Source of the DNA: Paecilomyces variotii
Lineage: Eukaryota
Length of the DNA stretch: 64,000 nt
Assembly: GCA_004022145.1 (NCBI GenBank)
Contig: RCNU01000009.1
Reading direction: 5' to 3' (one strand)
Part shown: one piece after another, positions 52,850 through 64,000 of the stretch
How positions within the stretch are numbered: position 1 is the stretch's first letter
How the letters are laid out: each line of letters begins with the position of its first letter
Made by a program: the position numbers and the translations under genes
Notes under the pieces: model-generated
The model's input: the letters and a program-made list of their open reading frames with translations, nothing else
Database searches by the model: none
Told to the model about the DNA's origin: nothing

Positions 52850-55085
52850 TTACATCTTCTCGTAGGTGGCCATGAGGGATCCTGCCGGTGATTGTCAGCA
52901 TCAAATAATATCAGATGTTGGACATAGACAGATAGTAACAGAATGGGTGTCTCTTCCCAGCACTTACCGATGAAAGTTGTCACCAAACGCGAACGGACCT
53001 GGCAGATATCTTCTGGCACCAGCCAAATGGTGGCGCCCATCTTTCTCGCTATACTGATACTCAACTTCGCGTTCGCATACGCTTCCTCGTCGGTCCGCCC
53101 AGGAGTCACAAGGTCGTAGTCCACATAACTGCTCTTCATGCCGTTAAGCACATCGAGGAGGAACAGGCCAGACCCAATGGATGGATCTTTGAAGCTACGG
53201 ATTGCAGAATTCCGGCCTCCTTTCCGCGACATGTCGTTTGCCCAACGGATCATTTCAGCGTCCGTGATCTCCCGCTTGCCCATCCGTTGCGCCAGCGAAG
53301 AGAGGGTGTTTGTAATATCCCTCCGCATCAACTGCCACACTAGACCAAGGGTCAAGGTACGTTGGCCATCAGTAATGTCGGCTCCCTGTATGCCGACAAG
53401 GGAGAACCCGTTGTGCTTGCCAAGCTCAATGGCATAATTCGTATTCTCCACGGCCTTGAATCGCATCATTTCCCCACCCGAGGCAGGGGGGCGGTTTACG
53501 TGTCTCCAGTTGACGCTACCGGGGATGACCTTATCGTAGGCTTGCAACAATACTGTCCCATCTCGCAGATCGTCGAAGAGAGAATTGACAGCTGGCTGTA
53601 CATCCAGCGAATTCAGCCAGAGCGTAAAAACTCTAGCCTCCCTCTCTCCCTCGGCATCGAAGTCTTCAACTTCAAGCTTGTCTTCTTCGGTAATAGGGTC
53701 TAGCCCTGGGTGGGTGTTGAACAGATTGGCGACGAAGGCGAGGTTAAGCTTGGGGTTTCCGGCAACAAGCGAAGAAGGAGTCAAGAATTTGCGACAGTCC
53801 AGCTTTTCTGCATTCGACAGGACCTGCTCAGCACGTTGAAGCAAGTCCCGTGTCTGAAGGGGTGCGCGGGAGCAGACATCAGGAGCAAGTTGATTGAGTA
53901 GAACTGTATAATTCTCTCCATCCTTCACATCGGTCGAGAAATTTGTAACTCTTTGATATAGATATGAGCAACCGAAAATTCCTAAAGGAGAATTGGGCCT
54001 ACTTACCTCCTTTCCCACTTCGCATTCTTCAAATGGTAGTTGAACCAACGCAGAAGTATCTGCTCCGGTGGCAAGCGAAGGAACTGATCGAGCGTCTCGT
54101 CCTCCTCCAGCAGCCTGTAAAGCTCGGGATGGAGCTTGATGTCGATCTTTCCTAGAAGACCGCGACGGATGATTTGCCAGATCAAACCAAGGATGAGATG
54201 TTCTCGTACTTCGATGATGTCTTGACTTCCAATATTGACAACAGAGCAACCGATACCCTTCGCTGAGTTGATGACTATATTATTGTTCTCCGTCATATGG
54301 AAGGCATTTAGTTGCTTGATCTTTTTGCCTGGTCTGTTCAGAACACGCTCATCGATAGTATCTGGTACACTATCATTGATAAGCTTAGCTAGAACCAATC
54401 CATCTTTACATTCGTCGAACATCTGGAAGGTATCTGTTGGAAACGGAAGAAGATGGCCGATGTCCGGGTCTCCGGCAAGGACTGCATTGATGTGCCTTGT
54501 GAATTCTGTTCTTTCATCCTCGTTGATTGTATGCGTCACATTTGCAGATGAACCCTGTACATGGATTTTACCACCGACGCTTCCCTTTGAAACATGCCGA
54601 GGAGAGGGGGCACCGTTTCCGGGTATGGGGGCAGCGGCTCGAACCGGTCCACCGGGGAGTTTGTTCTGCGCAAAGGCCGGACCACCTGCACGAAGCTTTG
54701 AGATGAGCTGTGATCATATATTAGCAACCAGAAGATAAATTTCGCTGAATTTCCCTACATCGACGTAGTCTTCCAGTTCCACACGTCGGGAGCTGTCCAG
54801 TTCCACCTCCTTCAGCGCTTGACGCACGACATCGTACGGCTGGCGTTCTGACTGCTGTGTCGCCTTTATGACACTTGCTTCGTCAAGGTAGCCTTTATCG
54901 TCGACATCTAGTTTCCTGAACGCATCCTGGAGGGCGAATATCTCATCTTGCTGGAACTGGGGGTACTTCCTGCAACATTAGGCACCAGTAAGCCAGAGGA
55001 TCTCACAAAACGCGAAAGTGCGCCCATCACAGAACTTAATACAAACAGAAAGAGATACGTACTTTTGAAGCTTGATGACGTTCAT
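52850..55085 (-). CDS. SAC6: Fimbrin (actin-bundling; EF hands plus four CH domains)
   Basis: [70 protein letters not shown]. Four introns. Confidence 0.97.
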
Positions 55086-55833
55086 TATCACGAACTGATT
55101 TGACCAGGTGTGGGGTAGTATCAGGGCCTGGTTCTCGACAATGGCGGGGTCCTTCAGGTGCAGACGGGTCTATTTCATCCACACACCTAAGTAGGAACTG
55201 GGAATGTCAGTGTCTTCTAACCGTGACCAGATCAGACACTATGGAAAGTATGTCCCCGACTAGATTGCAGGGGGAATGGAGATATTGCGGTAGTGGAGAA
55301 AGGAAAGGGGGTTTGAGAATGGCCGTCTACTAACCAGCGCGCTGAGTTGACACAACAGAAGTGGGGTCAGGATGGATATGTAGGTTCCCAAGGTCTGTCT
55401 CTACAAGAGCAGTAGACTATGGCCGGTTGGTCCTGGCTAGAGATACCGTTGAATGTGTCAGTATGGTCTGTATGACATGAGCTGACTGAGGCAGCGCAAG
55501 ACTGTAGATAGCTTTTGTCTTGTTCTTCGTGTCGAGTGTGGCTTGGTCGGTTGCGATGACACCAGCCGCTAGCCGATGATGTCGATGGTTCTTCTGAGTT
55601 CCGGAGTTGCCTAGTACCTATCTAGGCATAGACTAGAGTAAACCTGCATCTCTTAGACACACTAGGTACTTAGCAAAGAGGCCGGAGAGTATTTATCCTA
55701 TTAGTTAACATACCAGTTATATAGGAAAGAAATATAGACAATGGATTAATTAAGCATGGCATGTAACTAGCAATATTGATATTTACGAATATCCTGCTTA
55801 ATAAATCAAAATGTTCAGCAATATTACGAATAA

Positions 55834-55935
55834 GGCAAGGTGGCCGAGTGGTCTAAGGCGCACGGTTCAGGTTTCACCTGATCCATCACATTCCGTGTCA
55901 TGAAAATGGCGTGGGTTCGAATCCCACCCTTGTCA
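55834..55935 (+). tRNA. tRNA-Leu(CAG) with 20-nt intron (55872-55891)
   Basis: Acceptor stem GGCAAGG/CCTTGTC, A box TGGCCGAGTGG, anticodon stem CACGG/CCGTG with TT-CAG-G loop, intron containing CCTGA complementary to the anticodon loop, long variable arm, T arm GTGGG-TTCGAAT-CCCAC, downstream T-runs. Confidence 0.95.
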
Positions 55936-56524
55936 AGTTCTCTTTTTATTTTTTTATTTATATATTTAATTATATTATCTATTAGTCTTTTCTTATTTTC
56001 ATTACAGTTAAAGAGGTATAAATAGTTTTCCTTTTTTTTTTTTAAGTAACTTATTAATTTTATTAGCCTCTAAAATATTTATTCTTCGTATATATACTGT
56101 TACTATTAATATATATATATTGGTATACCTACAGCACTTCATGATGTCATGCCCTGCGCTAGTTCACAACAGCATGCACCGAATCTTCTAACTAAACACT
56201 TGGCCCTGCACCCGAATGTAGCTAAAGACAGCACTGCGCCAACTACCTAGGTACCTAGACTACAGAGTTGAGTATGGCATAGCTGGTGTCTTGGGGGCTA
56301 GTCTAGATCCTGACAGCCGGCCGCTATCCCGACGTCACTGTAGGCGGTGACCGAATCGCCCTACTGGTCAGGACTCAGCAGACAAAAGAGCGTGCAATGT
56401 GGTATCATGGTATTTCGGTTGTGGATCCTTGCCTGCAGCCGTACTGTCCTATCCTTCTCTCACCTCTGTTACCTGTGACTTAGAGTCTTAGCCTTCTCTC
56501 GTCCACTCCGCCCTCGTTCCTCGG

Positions 56525-59500
56525 ATGCAGCGGAGGATCATGCCCGGTGCGGAACAGAGAAGTTCATTCCTTGGGGCTATCTCGCCATGGAGCGGTTCCA
56601 GAAGCACGACGCCTCATCCAGATGGAGATCATCTCGATAGGAAAGATGGCTTGCGTCGCTCCAAGGGAGAAGACCACACAATCTCGCATCGGCATAGGCT
56701 CAGCCTACGGCGTTATCCCAAAGACTGTCCACCGCTGCGAACAAGGTGGTTCTACGCTGTCGATACACCCAAATCGAAACCACATCTTGGCGATCAGATA
56801 AAGGACAGCAGCAAGCCCCTCCCTCCCCCGAAGAAGTTCGTGCCATTCTCGGTCAAGGATTCACAGGCAATCGAGGCCGCCTTTCAACGGTTGGCAGAGG
56901 AAGAGGATACTAGCGGTGCGTCCGAGTCCCGTCGTGAACATCCTCAAGGTCGAGACTCGGTCAAAGTTCCAGTGAACGAAGATTATCTTTTCGATGTGGA
57001 TATTGAGCGCAGGGAGCTCAGCCCTGCATACTGGCTGGGACCAGTCTATGAAGTTCGCCGGGGAACGTGGTTCTTTCAAGATGGCTCTACGCTCAAGCCC
57101 TGTGATGAGAACCTTGCTACGCAACTCGAGGAAGGCTATCTGAAGATCAGACCCTGGCAGTTCCATGAACGACAAAAGCCCAAGTCTCGACCCACGTCTA
57201 CAATAATTGATGAATCCGGCAAGGCCCATAACAATTCAGATTCCATCACCGGCACTCATCGGCCTGGTGCCGTTGACCCTTCGCGCAATGTCACGGAAAA
57301 CACGGCCCGAGAGAGGTCGTTCACAAACTTAAATGAACCCCAGAATTATCGCCTCTTCGGTGCCTATATGAATAGCACGGTTTCGTATCAGGATCCATCT
57401 ACTGCATGGCTGATGTACGATGATTTCGTGTCACGTATGAGCAGCACTGTATACCAAAGATTTGGAGGTGTCCCTGGGACCAAAGTTGTCCGCGGATATA
57501 CTGAATTAAAGAGGCCAAAAGAGACAGCAGACACGAAGGGCATGGACACTAGGTCTTCGCACCAGAAACCGGGAGATAGAGCGACGTCTAGAGCTTCTCA
57601 CAGAGAGCCCTTGGGCCTGTCACCGAACTCTTATCCTGAACAGCTAGCCGATATCGTAGCTCACGGTGATGAGATGTCGACCGACGGCACAATTCAGGGG
57701 AGTCACGGTTCGACGCTACAGCGGCATATGTCGTCCTTGGCGGGACGCACCGAAGACGATGCTGAGCTGGAGGAAGAGGCCCGTAAGCGGGAACAACAGG
57801 AAATGGAAGATTCGAGGGATGCTGATGACGAAGAAAGAGAAAGAGAGATTGACCATCTAGTACTGGTTACACATGGGATCGGTCAGCGATTAGGACTTCG
57901 TCTTGAAAGCATCAATTTTGTTCACGATGTAAATGTCTTACGAAAGACGATGAAGAGTGTCTACGGAGCTTCTCCGGACCTGCAGACTCTCAACTCCTCT
58001 TTTGCCGATGGTAAAAGGAACTGCCGAGTACAAGTCCTCCCTGTGTAAGGAATCCTGACTTTATTCTGAACCACTGAGGTGGTATTCATTTGGCTTGCTA
58101 ATTGTGAGGATATATTTTAGGTGCTGGCGTCATCTTTTAGATTTTCCAAAGCGAGGATTGAGGGAAATTCGCAAGGAACTAGATCTAGCTGACGGGGATG
58201 AGCTTTCTGCTGAGGACGAACAGTACCCGAGCCTTGCCGACATTACTCTTGAAGGAGTGCCAGCGGTCCGAAATCTGATCTCCGATTTAGCAATGGATGT
58301 CCTTCTTTACCAGAGTGCGTATCGTGAGCACATCGCCACTATTGTCCAGCAAGAATGCAATCGAATCTACAAGCTCTTCAAGGAACGAAACCCGAAATTC
58401 AAAGGCTCCGTGAGCCTCTGTGGGCATTCTCTTGGGAGCGCTATCCTATTTGATATTCTTTGTCATCAGAGTGATGATCCGCCATCTAATCAGCAGAGAA
58501 GCTCAACGAATCTACACAGTGGCTTGCCACAGCGGCCCACGGCCTTTCCTCTAGACTTTGAATGTGAGGAGTTCTTCTGCCTAGGATCGCCCATTGCACT
58601 CTTTCAGATGCTCAAAGGGAAGACTATCGCCGGACGCAATGCCGAAACTAATTCCGACAAGATACCCATCAGCCTCAGCAGCGATCGGAAGTCCTTCAAT
58701 GTCAGTTCAACTTCTACAGAACGACATGGAAGCATTCCTGGGGATGGCACCCTGAGCAACATATTACCCACTGTGTCCTCGCCCAAGTGCGAGCAACTGT
58801 ATAACATTTTTCATCCTTCAGACCCAGTGAGTTATCGCCTTGAGCCATTGATATCGCCCGCGATGGCTGCACTCAAACCACAGCCATTGCCGTCTGTGAA
58901 AAAGAGCATCTGGAGTGCCTCAGGACAGAGTCTCTCGAATATCAGCAGCCGAGTAGGCCAGAGCGTCGGCTCACTCTGGACAAATTTCACCTCGGGTGTG
59001 GCAAGCACTCTCCTCAACCGCAGTTTGGGGTTGAGCGCAGATGGCACACATTCACAATCTGCTCCCAATTCTGGAGCCGCGCAGTCCCAGCATCTCCAGC
59101 AACACGGTTCATCAGTTATTTCACATGGACAAGCACCAGCAATGTCAAATACTCTAGACGGAGATTTAGGAGAAAGGGGTGCAAAGTTCCAGACTCTCAT
59201 TGAACCAGAGTTGGAGACGCTTTATGAGGGCTTCCGCAAAACGCGGGACAAGAACAAGACCTCCGATTTCCTCGAAAATGAAGAGCGTGCAAGGAAATTG
59301 AAGATAGAGGAGGCCAAAGTCAGGTCATTGAACTCCAACGGGCGAGTAGACTACAGTGTGCAGGAGTAAGTTGTTTTTCTTGTGCCTATATCCTCCCACG
59401 TCTACGCAGGCTATACTTGACCCTCTCTGTCTCCCTACTGCGAGCAAGCAATGCTAACTTATCAAACCGCAGAGGGGTCTTTGACATATCGCTAATCGCT

Positions 59501-59608
59501 AGCATCGCTAGCCATCTTTCATACTGGGCTGATGAGGATGTGAATCATTTTATATTATCACAGATCCTATCGCGCAATCGCAGACATAGGCGTCCGGTAG
59601 AGGTCTAA
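56525..59608 (+). CDS. DDHD-domain phospholipase A1 (PA-PLA1/Ddl1 family)
   Basis: VRRGTWF, HLVLVTHGIG, lipase motif GHSLG, GSPI, NIFHPSDPVSYRLEP, GRVDY, SHLSYW. Two introns. Start is ATG 56525 or 56540. Confidence 0.92.
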
Positions 59609-59955
59609 TCGGAGCAGATTAAAGCTTTTTTAGGATTACATATAGAACTTCTCTATAACCAGGTATATGCTCACATATACCATATTAAAGGCGTTGCAGG
59701 CATTCAAGGGGAGTAGGAGATAGCAACTCTTTTGAGAGTAGTAGAGTATCGGCAACGGCGAATCTCGATTGCCTTGATAGGATAGGAGATTGATAGAATG
59801 ACTGCTATAGACCAGGGGGTTGCGGCGATTCCGATACGGCAAAGACAATAGAAGCGCAACAAGCAAGCAAGGAGGCAAAATCGAGAGATAAAAATACTAT
59901 TGGCATCGATATTCAAAGGCATAATAAATACCGTGGTAAAGTTACACGCCTTCTA

Positions 59956-62066
59956 TTATACAGTGTACATTTGAATAATATCAGCCAAACGTGAAGCTTC
60001 CTCTGAATAATTCAAGGCTTTAGCAGAGGAGACTTGATACCGAACGCTAAAAGGAAATTAGCAACCCAGCAAAAGTATTTGTCGGCTGAAGAAATACGTA
60101 CCGTTGCTGATCACCAAAGTTATCTGTTTTAGCCTTGCACCTGAAATTCCATGTTCGACAATTCGCATCCTGGAATATTTCTCCTGCTGCCTTGTCATCA
60201 TTTTGTCGGAGTTCCATCAGCTGATCAGCTGAAGTTCCCATGAGAGCTCTTCCCACTTCATCAAAGCAACTCAGCCAAAGCTGGCCTGTGTGATCGCTGA
60301 CATTGATAAGCATTATGTAACGATATTCCGGTCTAGGATGCGTTTTTTCGCAGCGCTCACAACGCCACTGCCCAGGGTCGAGCTCTGTCACCTTCTTGTT
60401 GCAACCCTCAGAAATGCAGGCTGGATAAGCCACATTATCCTGTTTTATGTAGATAACAGTAGCTTTCAGTGAAAAGAAGTCTGGAGTTTCGGACATGCCC
60501 AGCTGCTCCTCCCGGATCTGTGCCACGGTCTTGAACTGATCGCGTCTCCCAGGAGTAGTGCCTATGGCACTTGACAGTGAAGCATGAGAAGTGAAAGTAT
60601 CAGACCGGCCTTGGGCATCATACCAGCCTCTAAGCTTATGAGCTTCCTCAATATCCGGGTCAATAGTCATCGATCCGGAGCTTAGCAAACTTAGGCTTCT
60701 ACCCCCGAAATCTGAAACTTTCACTCCTTTGAACGCGATGACCGACTCCGGCGCAGCACTAAACTCCGTTGCAGTAGAACCCCACACTGTCAAACGAACA
60801 GAAAAGCCTGTGTTGTCAACAAGAGTCAACTCACGTTTGTCGTAGGGTTTACTGGTTGTCTTGGATATGATTTGAGACGTTTCTGCTGCGTCCTTCAAGA
60901 CCCCAATTACGTCAATGGTGGTGTCTTTCTCGACTGCCTGCAAGTCACCGATGCTAGTGAAATTGAATCGGACTTGTGGTACATCGTTTTGGTCTTCCGC
61001 CTGATCAACCACATTAGTACAGACCCTGCAGGACTTGGCAGATCGACACTCACCTTTTCGACCACGGTATCCCTTTCGAAGGTCAACTCATAGTCATTGT
61101 TCAGGTTGCTGAACTGTTTCTTCGCGATCTGGACCCTGCAGGGACTGGATATGTAGTACACACTACCTTCCTGGAAAACATCATAGAGCATGTCACATTG
61201 GTCGTTGAAACCGGTAGCTCGAATCTCGCCACTATCATCGAGGAGATTAACGCTGAATAGTTTCCCTTCTCCATTTCTATTGTGCCAAGTTTTGATCGCC
61301 GACTTGCTTGTACACCGTGCCTTAATCGTCCACTTGTGCGAGTAAGGAGAAATCGCCTCTATCGGATAGATTGTAGCATGGGCTGAGGCTGCTGCATGAC
61401 CGTGTGTCTGTACACGCCGGGCCTGCGGCTGAGGCTGGGTTTGTGCCTTTGTGCCGTAAAAGCCGTTACTAGAAATCGCGGTGGACTGCGCTTTCTCATC
61501 ATCCTCGGGCTTGGTTTCGAGAGGCTTTGGCTCGCCAATCTTTTCACACTCTCCAAGTTCCTGCAGGACCTCGAGGTCCAAGATGATCAAAATCCTATCG
61601 AGTCAGTACCACGCTGACTATTTCCTGCATATGCGACATACTTTTTGCCCTTGACAGAATTTGCTTGGAATGACTTGAGACGGACGAAACATCCTTTACG
61701 AAGAAGCCCACTTGTAACGAGGTGATTCGCTTCTGAGGTGGCAAGATTGATTAGCATGGGAACATTCTCTTGACATCACACGGAGGCATGAGCCAAAACG
61801 TACGGGTTGCAAGCATAGTTTGTACATAGTTCGAAATGTCGCTAAAGACAGCGCGAAAGCGCTCCTGATTATTTTGTTGCGGAGGTAAGGGTTTGATCTG
61901 GACACATTGGACAATGGGCTCCTGCGGAGCAACTTTCGAGTCGTCAAATATTGCACTTTAATATAGCCAACGAGTCAGCGACTAGCTCTAAGACGAGAAG
62001 CACACATGGGCTCGGAGAATACCTTAAGGCCCCAACGGAGATGTGCGAAGCAGCGTTCGTAGCCAT
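59956..62066 (-). CDS. RFA1: Replication protein A 70 kDa subunit
   Basis: PIEAISPY..WTIKAR, GKLFSVNLLDDSGEIRATGF, KGVKVSDFGGRSLS, Zn finger CISEGCNKK..CERC. Five introns. Confidence 0.97.
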
Positions 62067-62254
62067 AACGGCGGTTGACGGGGTCCCGATGAACACGGAA
62101 TCTCAGATGTCTGAAGCGCTGGTTGGTTTTCAGTTTCGGATAAATGAGATACAGTACGCCAGCAGGAGGGTATACTAGCTGGGCTTGCAGGGGAGAGAGG
62201 AGTTGTCATGAAATGGCCGAGGTCGGGAACTCCTAGAGGCAAAATGGCATGAAA

Positions 62255-62298
62255 ACGCGTTGTTTCTATGAGGGGCGCGATAAAGACTCTGGACGCGT
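62255..62298. promoter_or_regulatory. Paired MCB (MluI cell-cycle box) elements upstream of RFA1
   Basis: Exact ACGCGT at 62255-62260 and 62293-62298, about 190-230 bp upstream of the RPA70 ATG. RFA1 is an established MBF target in yeasts. Confidence 0.65.
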
Positions 62299-62741
62299 TC
62301 TAGGATCCCGCGAATAAGTGGTTATTCCCCTTTAGGTTTGGTACAATTTCTGCCTACAAGTCAAGTTGTAGACTTAGTGAGATGAATAATAATGTACAGT
62401 ACCTTTTTTGCACTGCAAGCTATAAGGCTAAAATATTGAAGTAATTTAGATTTATTTTCGTACACTCAAAATTGTAATCAATAGTTATCTAATCCTTTTT
62501 TTTTATTATTATCATTAACTAAGCCAGTCACCTTGTACATCAGTGCTCAAAGCTATTAACTAGGTAGCTCACTCAGTTATTCGTACTGCCCCGCCTGAGC
62601 CCACTTACAACATAACTTGCGGGAAGCTTCACTCATCAAACCTGCCATTTGCTTCAACCACTGAAAATACTTCTGGTTTTGGGCAGATACTCTAGACCAG
62701 AGAAGATCACCCCTCTCTTCTTATCTCATACTCAAGTCACC

Positions 62742-64000
62742 ATGGGGAACTGCCCTCACATCAATGCACCAGGTATGCTGAATCTTACCCCGCCTCTTAT
62801 CCACCATCGTTGACTGAGATTAATGTCCTCCCTTTAGAACTAAAACCGCCCCAGCCATCGCAGCACGTCTATCGAGAGGAATGTACCCAATGCTTCGATT
62901 CGGTTGTACGTACGCGACCTAAACACAGCTGATCCGGGATTGCCATAATTCAGTGTGCTTAATTGTGACAGGATAACCCCTCAGGTCTTAACGTCTGCCT
63001 CCACTGTTTCAACGGTGGCTGTTCTGACGACCGAAACCATGCCTCTCTTCATTACACGCGCTCAGGACATCCTCTGGTCTTGAATATAAAGAGATTACGG
63101 AAGAAGCTCCAGGTTGGTCTGCATCCAATACTCAAAATATCTCCCATATCTAACAGTCTAGCGGGATGAACCTCCACATAAGATTTCCAAGCTCGCCATT
63201 GCTGCAGAAACGGAAGAAGATAGGTATGAGACTATTACCAGCGTGCTTTGCTATGAATGCAAGGAAGAAAACATCGACAAGGTTTCTGGGAAACTTCCCA
63301 GTGTGATAGACGGAATCATGAAAGCCCTATCCTTCACCGAACGCGAGGAGATTAAAGCATGGGAGCAGGAGTTTGTGCCATGTGAACACACCTTGTTACT
63401 CCAGCAGCAGGAAGGCAGGAAAATCGAGTCTACAGGTAATAAGGAGTACCCTTGTCTTATACTGCAAGTTACTTATCTACTATTTAGATCTCACCCACTG
63501 TTCTATGTGTGACTTGAAAGAAAATCTTTGGCTCTGTCTCGAGTGCGGCAATCTTGGCTGCGGTAGAAGCCAATTCGGTGGCGTGGGAGGAAACTCGCAT
63601 GGTCTTGCGCATGCGAATTCTAGTTCTCATGCTGTAGCTGTCAAACTCGGCTCCATTACGGCAGATGGCTCGGCAGATATTTATTGCTATAAGTGCAATG
63701 AAGAACGGACGGATCCTGAACTTGCCTCCCATCTCGCTCACTGGGGAATAAATATAGCCGAACGGGAGAAGACCGAGAAGAGTCTTATGGAAATGCAAAT
63801 CGAACATAACATGAAATGGGAATTCTCGATGACAACCGAAGATGGGCATGAGCTGGAACCAATTTTCGGTCCCGGTTTCACCGGGCTCAAGAACCTCGGG
63901 AATAGTTGTTATCTCTCAAGTATCGTTCAATGTCTACTAGCTCTGCCGGAGTTCCAGGACAGGTATTATCATCCGCAATCAGATCCGCCTGAGTGCGCCT
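62742..64000 (+). CDS. UBP14: Ubiquitin C-terminal hydrolase UBP14/USP5 (5' part; truncated by window end)
   Basis: VYREECTQCFDS, ZnF-UBP (NLWLCLECGNLGCGR..GNSH), GPGFTGLKNLGNSCY Cys box. Several short introns. Confidence 0.95.

Overview
Gene-dense, intron-containing genomic DNA of a filamentous ascomycete. Protein sequences, short GT-AG introns and CTRAC/CTAAC branch points suggest Eurotiomycetes/Eurotiales; the species cannot be fixed from this window. There are about 25 conserved housekeeping genes: LrgAB-like transporter, Ca2+/H+ exchanger, cystathionine beta-synthase, SRP receptor beta, KRE9, PRO1, ATP23, Aurora kinase, TIP41, CBP3, LTA4 hydrolase, PAP2-like protein, BTB protein, Xaa-Pro aminopeptidase, MIT protein, 5-oxoprolinase, SUB1, PXA/PX protein, fimbrin, DDHD phospholipase, RPA70 and UBP14 among them, plus one intron-containing tRNA-Leu(CAG). 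An accessory island of about 7 kb (22.4-29.5 kb) interrupts this block. It holds a divergently transcribed pair: an intact small atypical kinase gene and a PD-(D/E)xK nuclease-like gene inactivated only by four RIP-type nonsense codons. The pair looks like a two-gene version of the nuclease+kinase architecture of Spok meiotic drivers and is the top candidate for an undescribed toxin-antidote system. The island also has a gene fragment, an (AG)20 repeat and two nested TA-targeting MITEs. Two 'hypothetical' genes look like cell-division factors (Sororin-like, augmin HAUS3-like). Exon boundaries were read by eye and family assignments come from motif recognition, not database searches.
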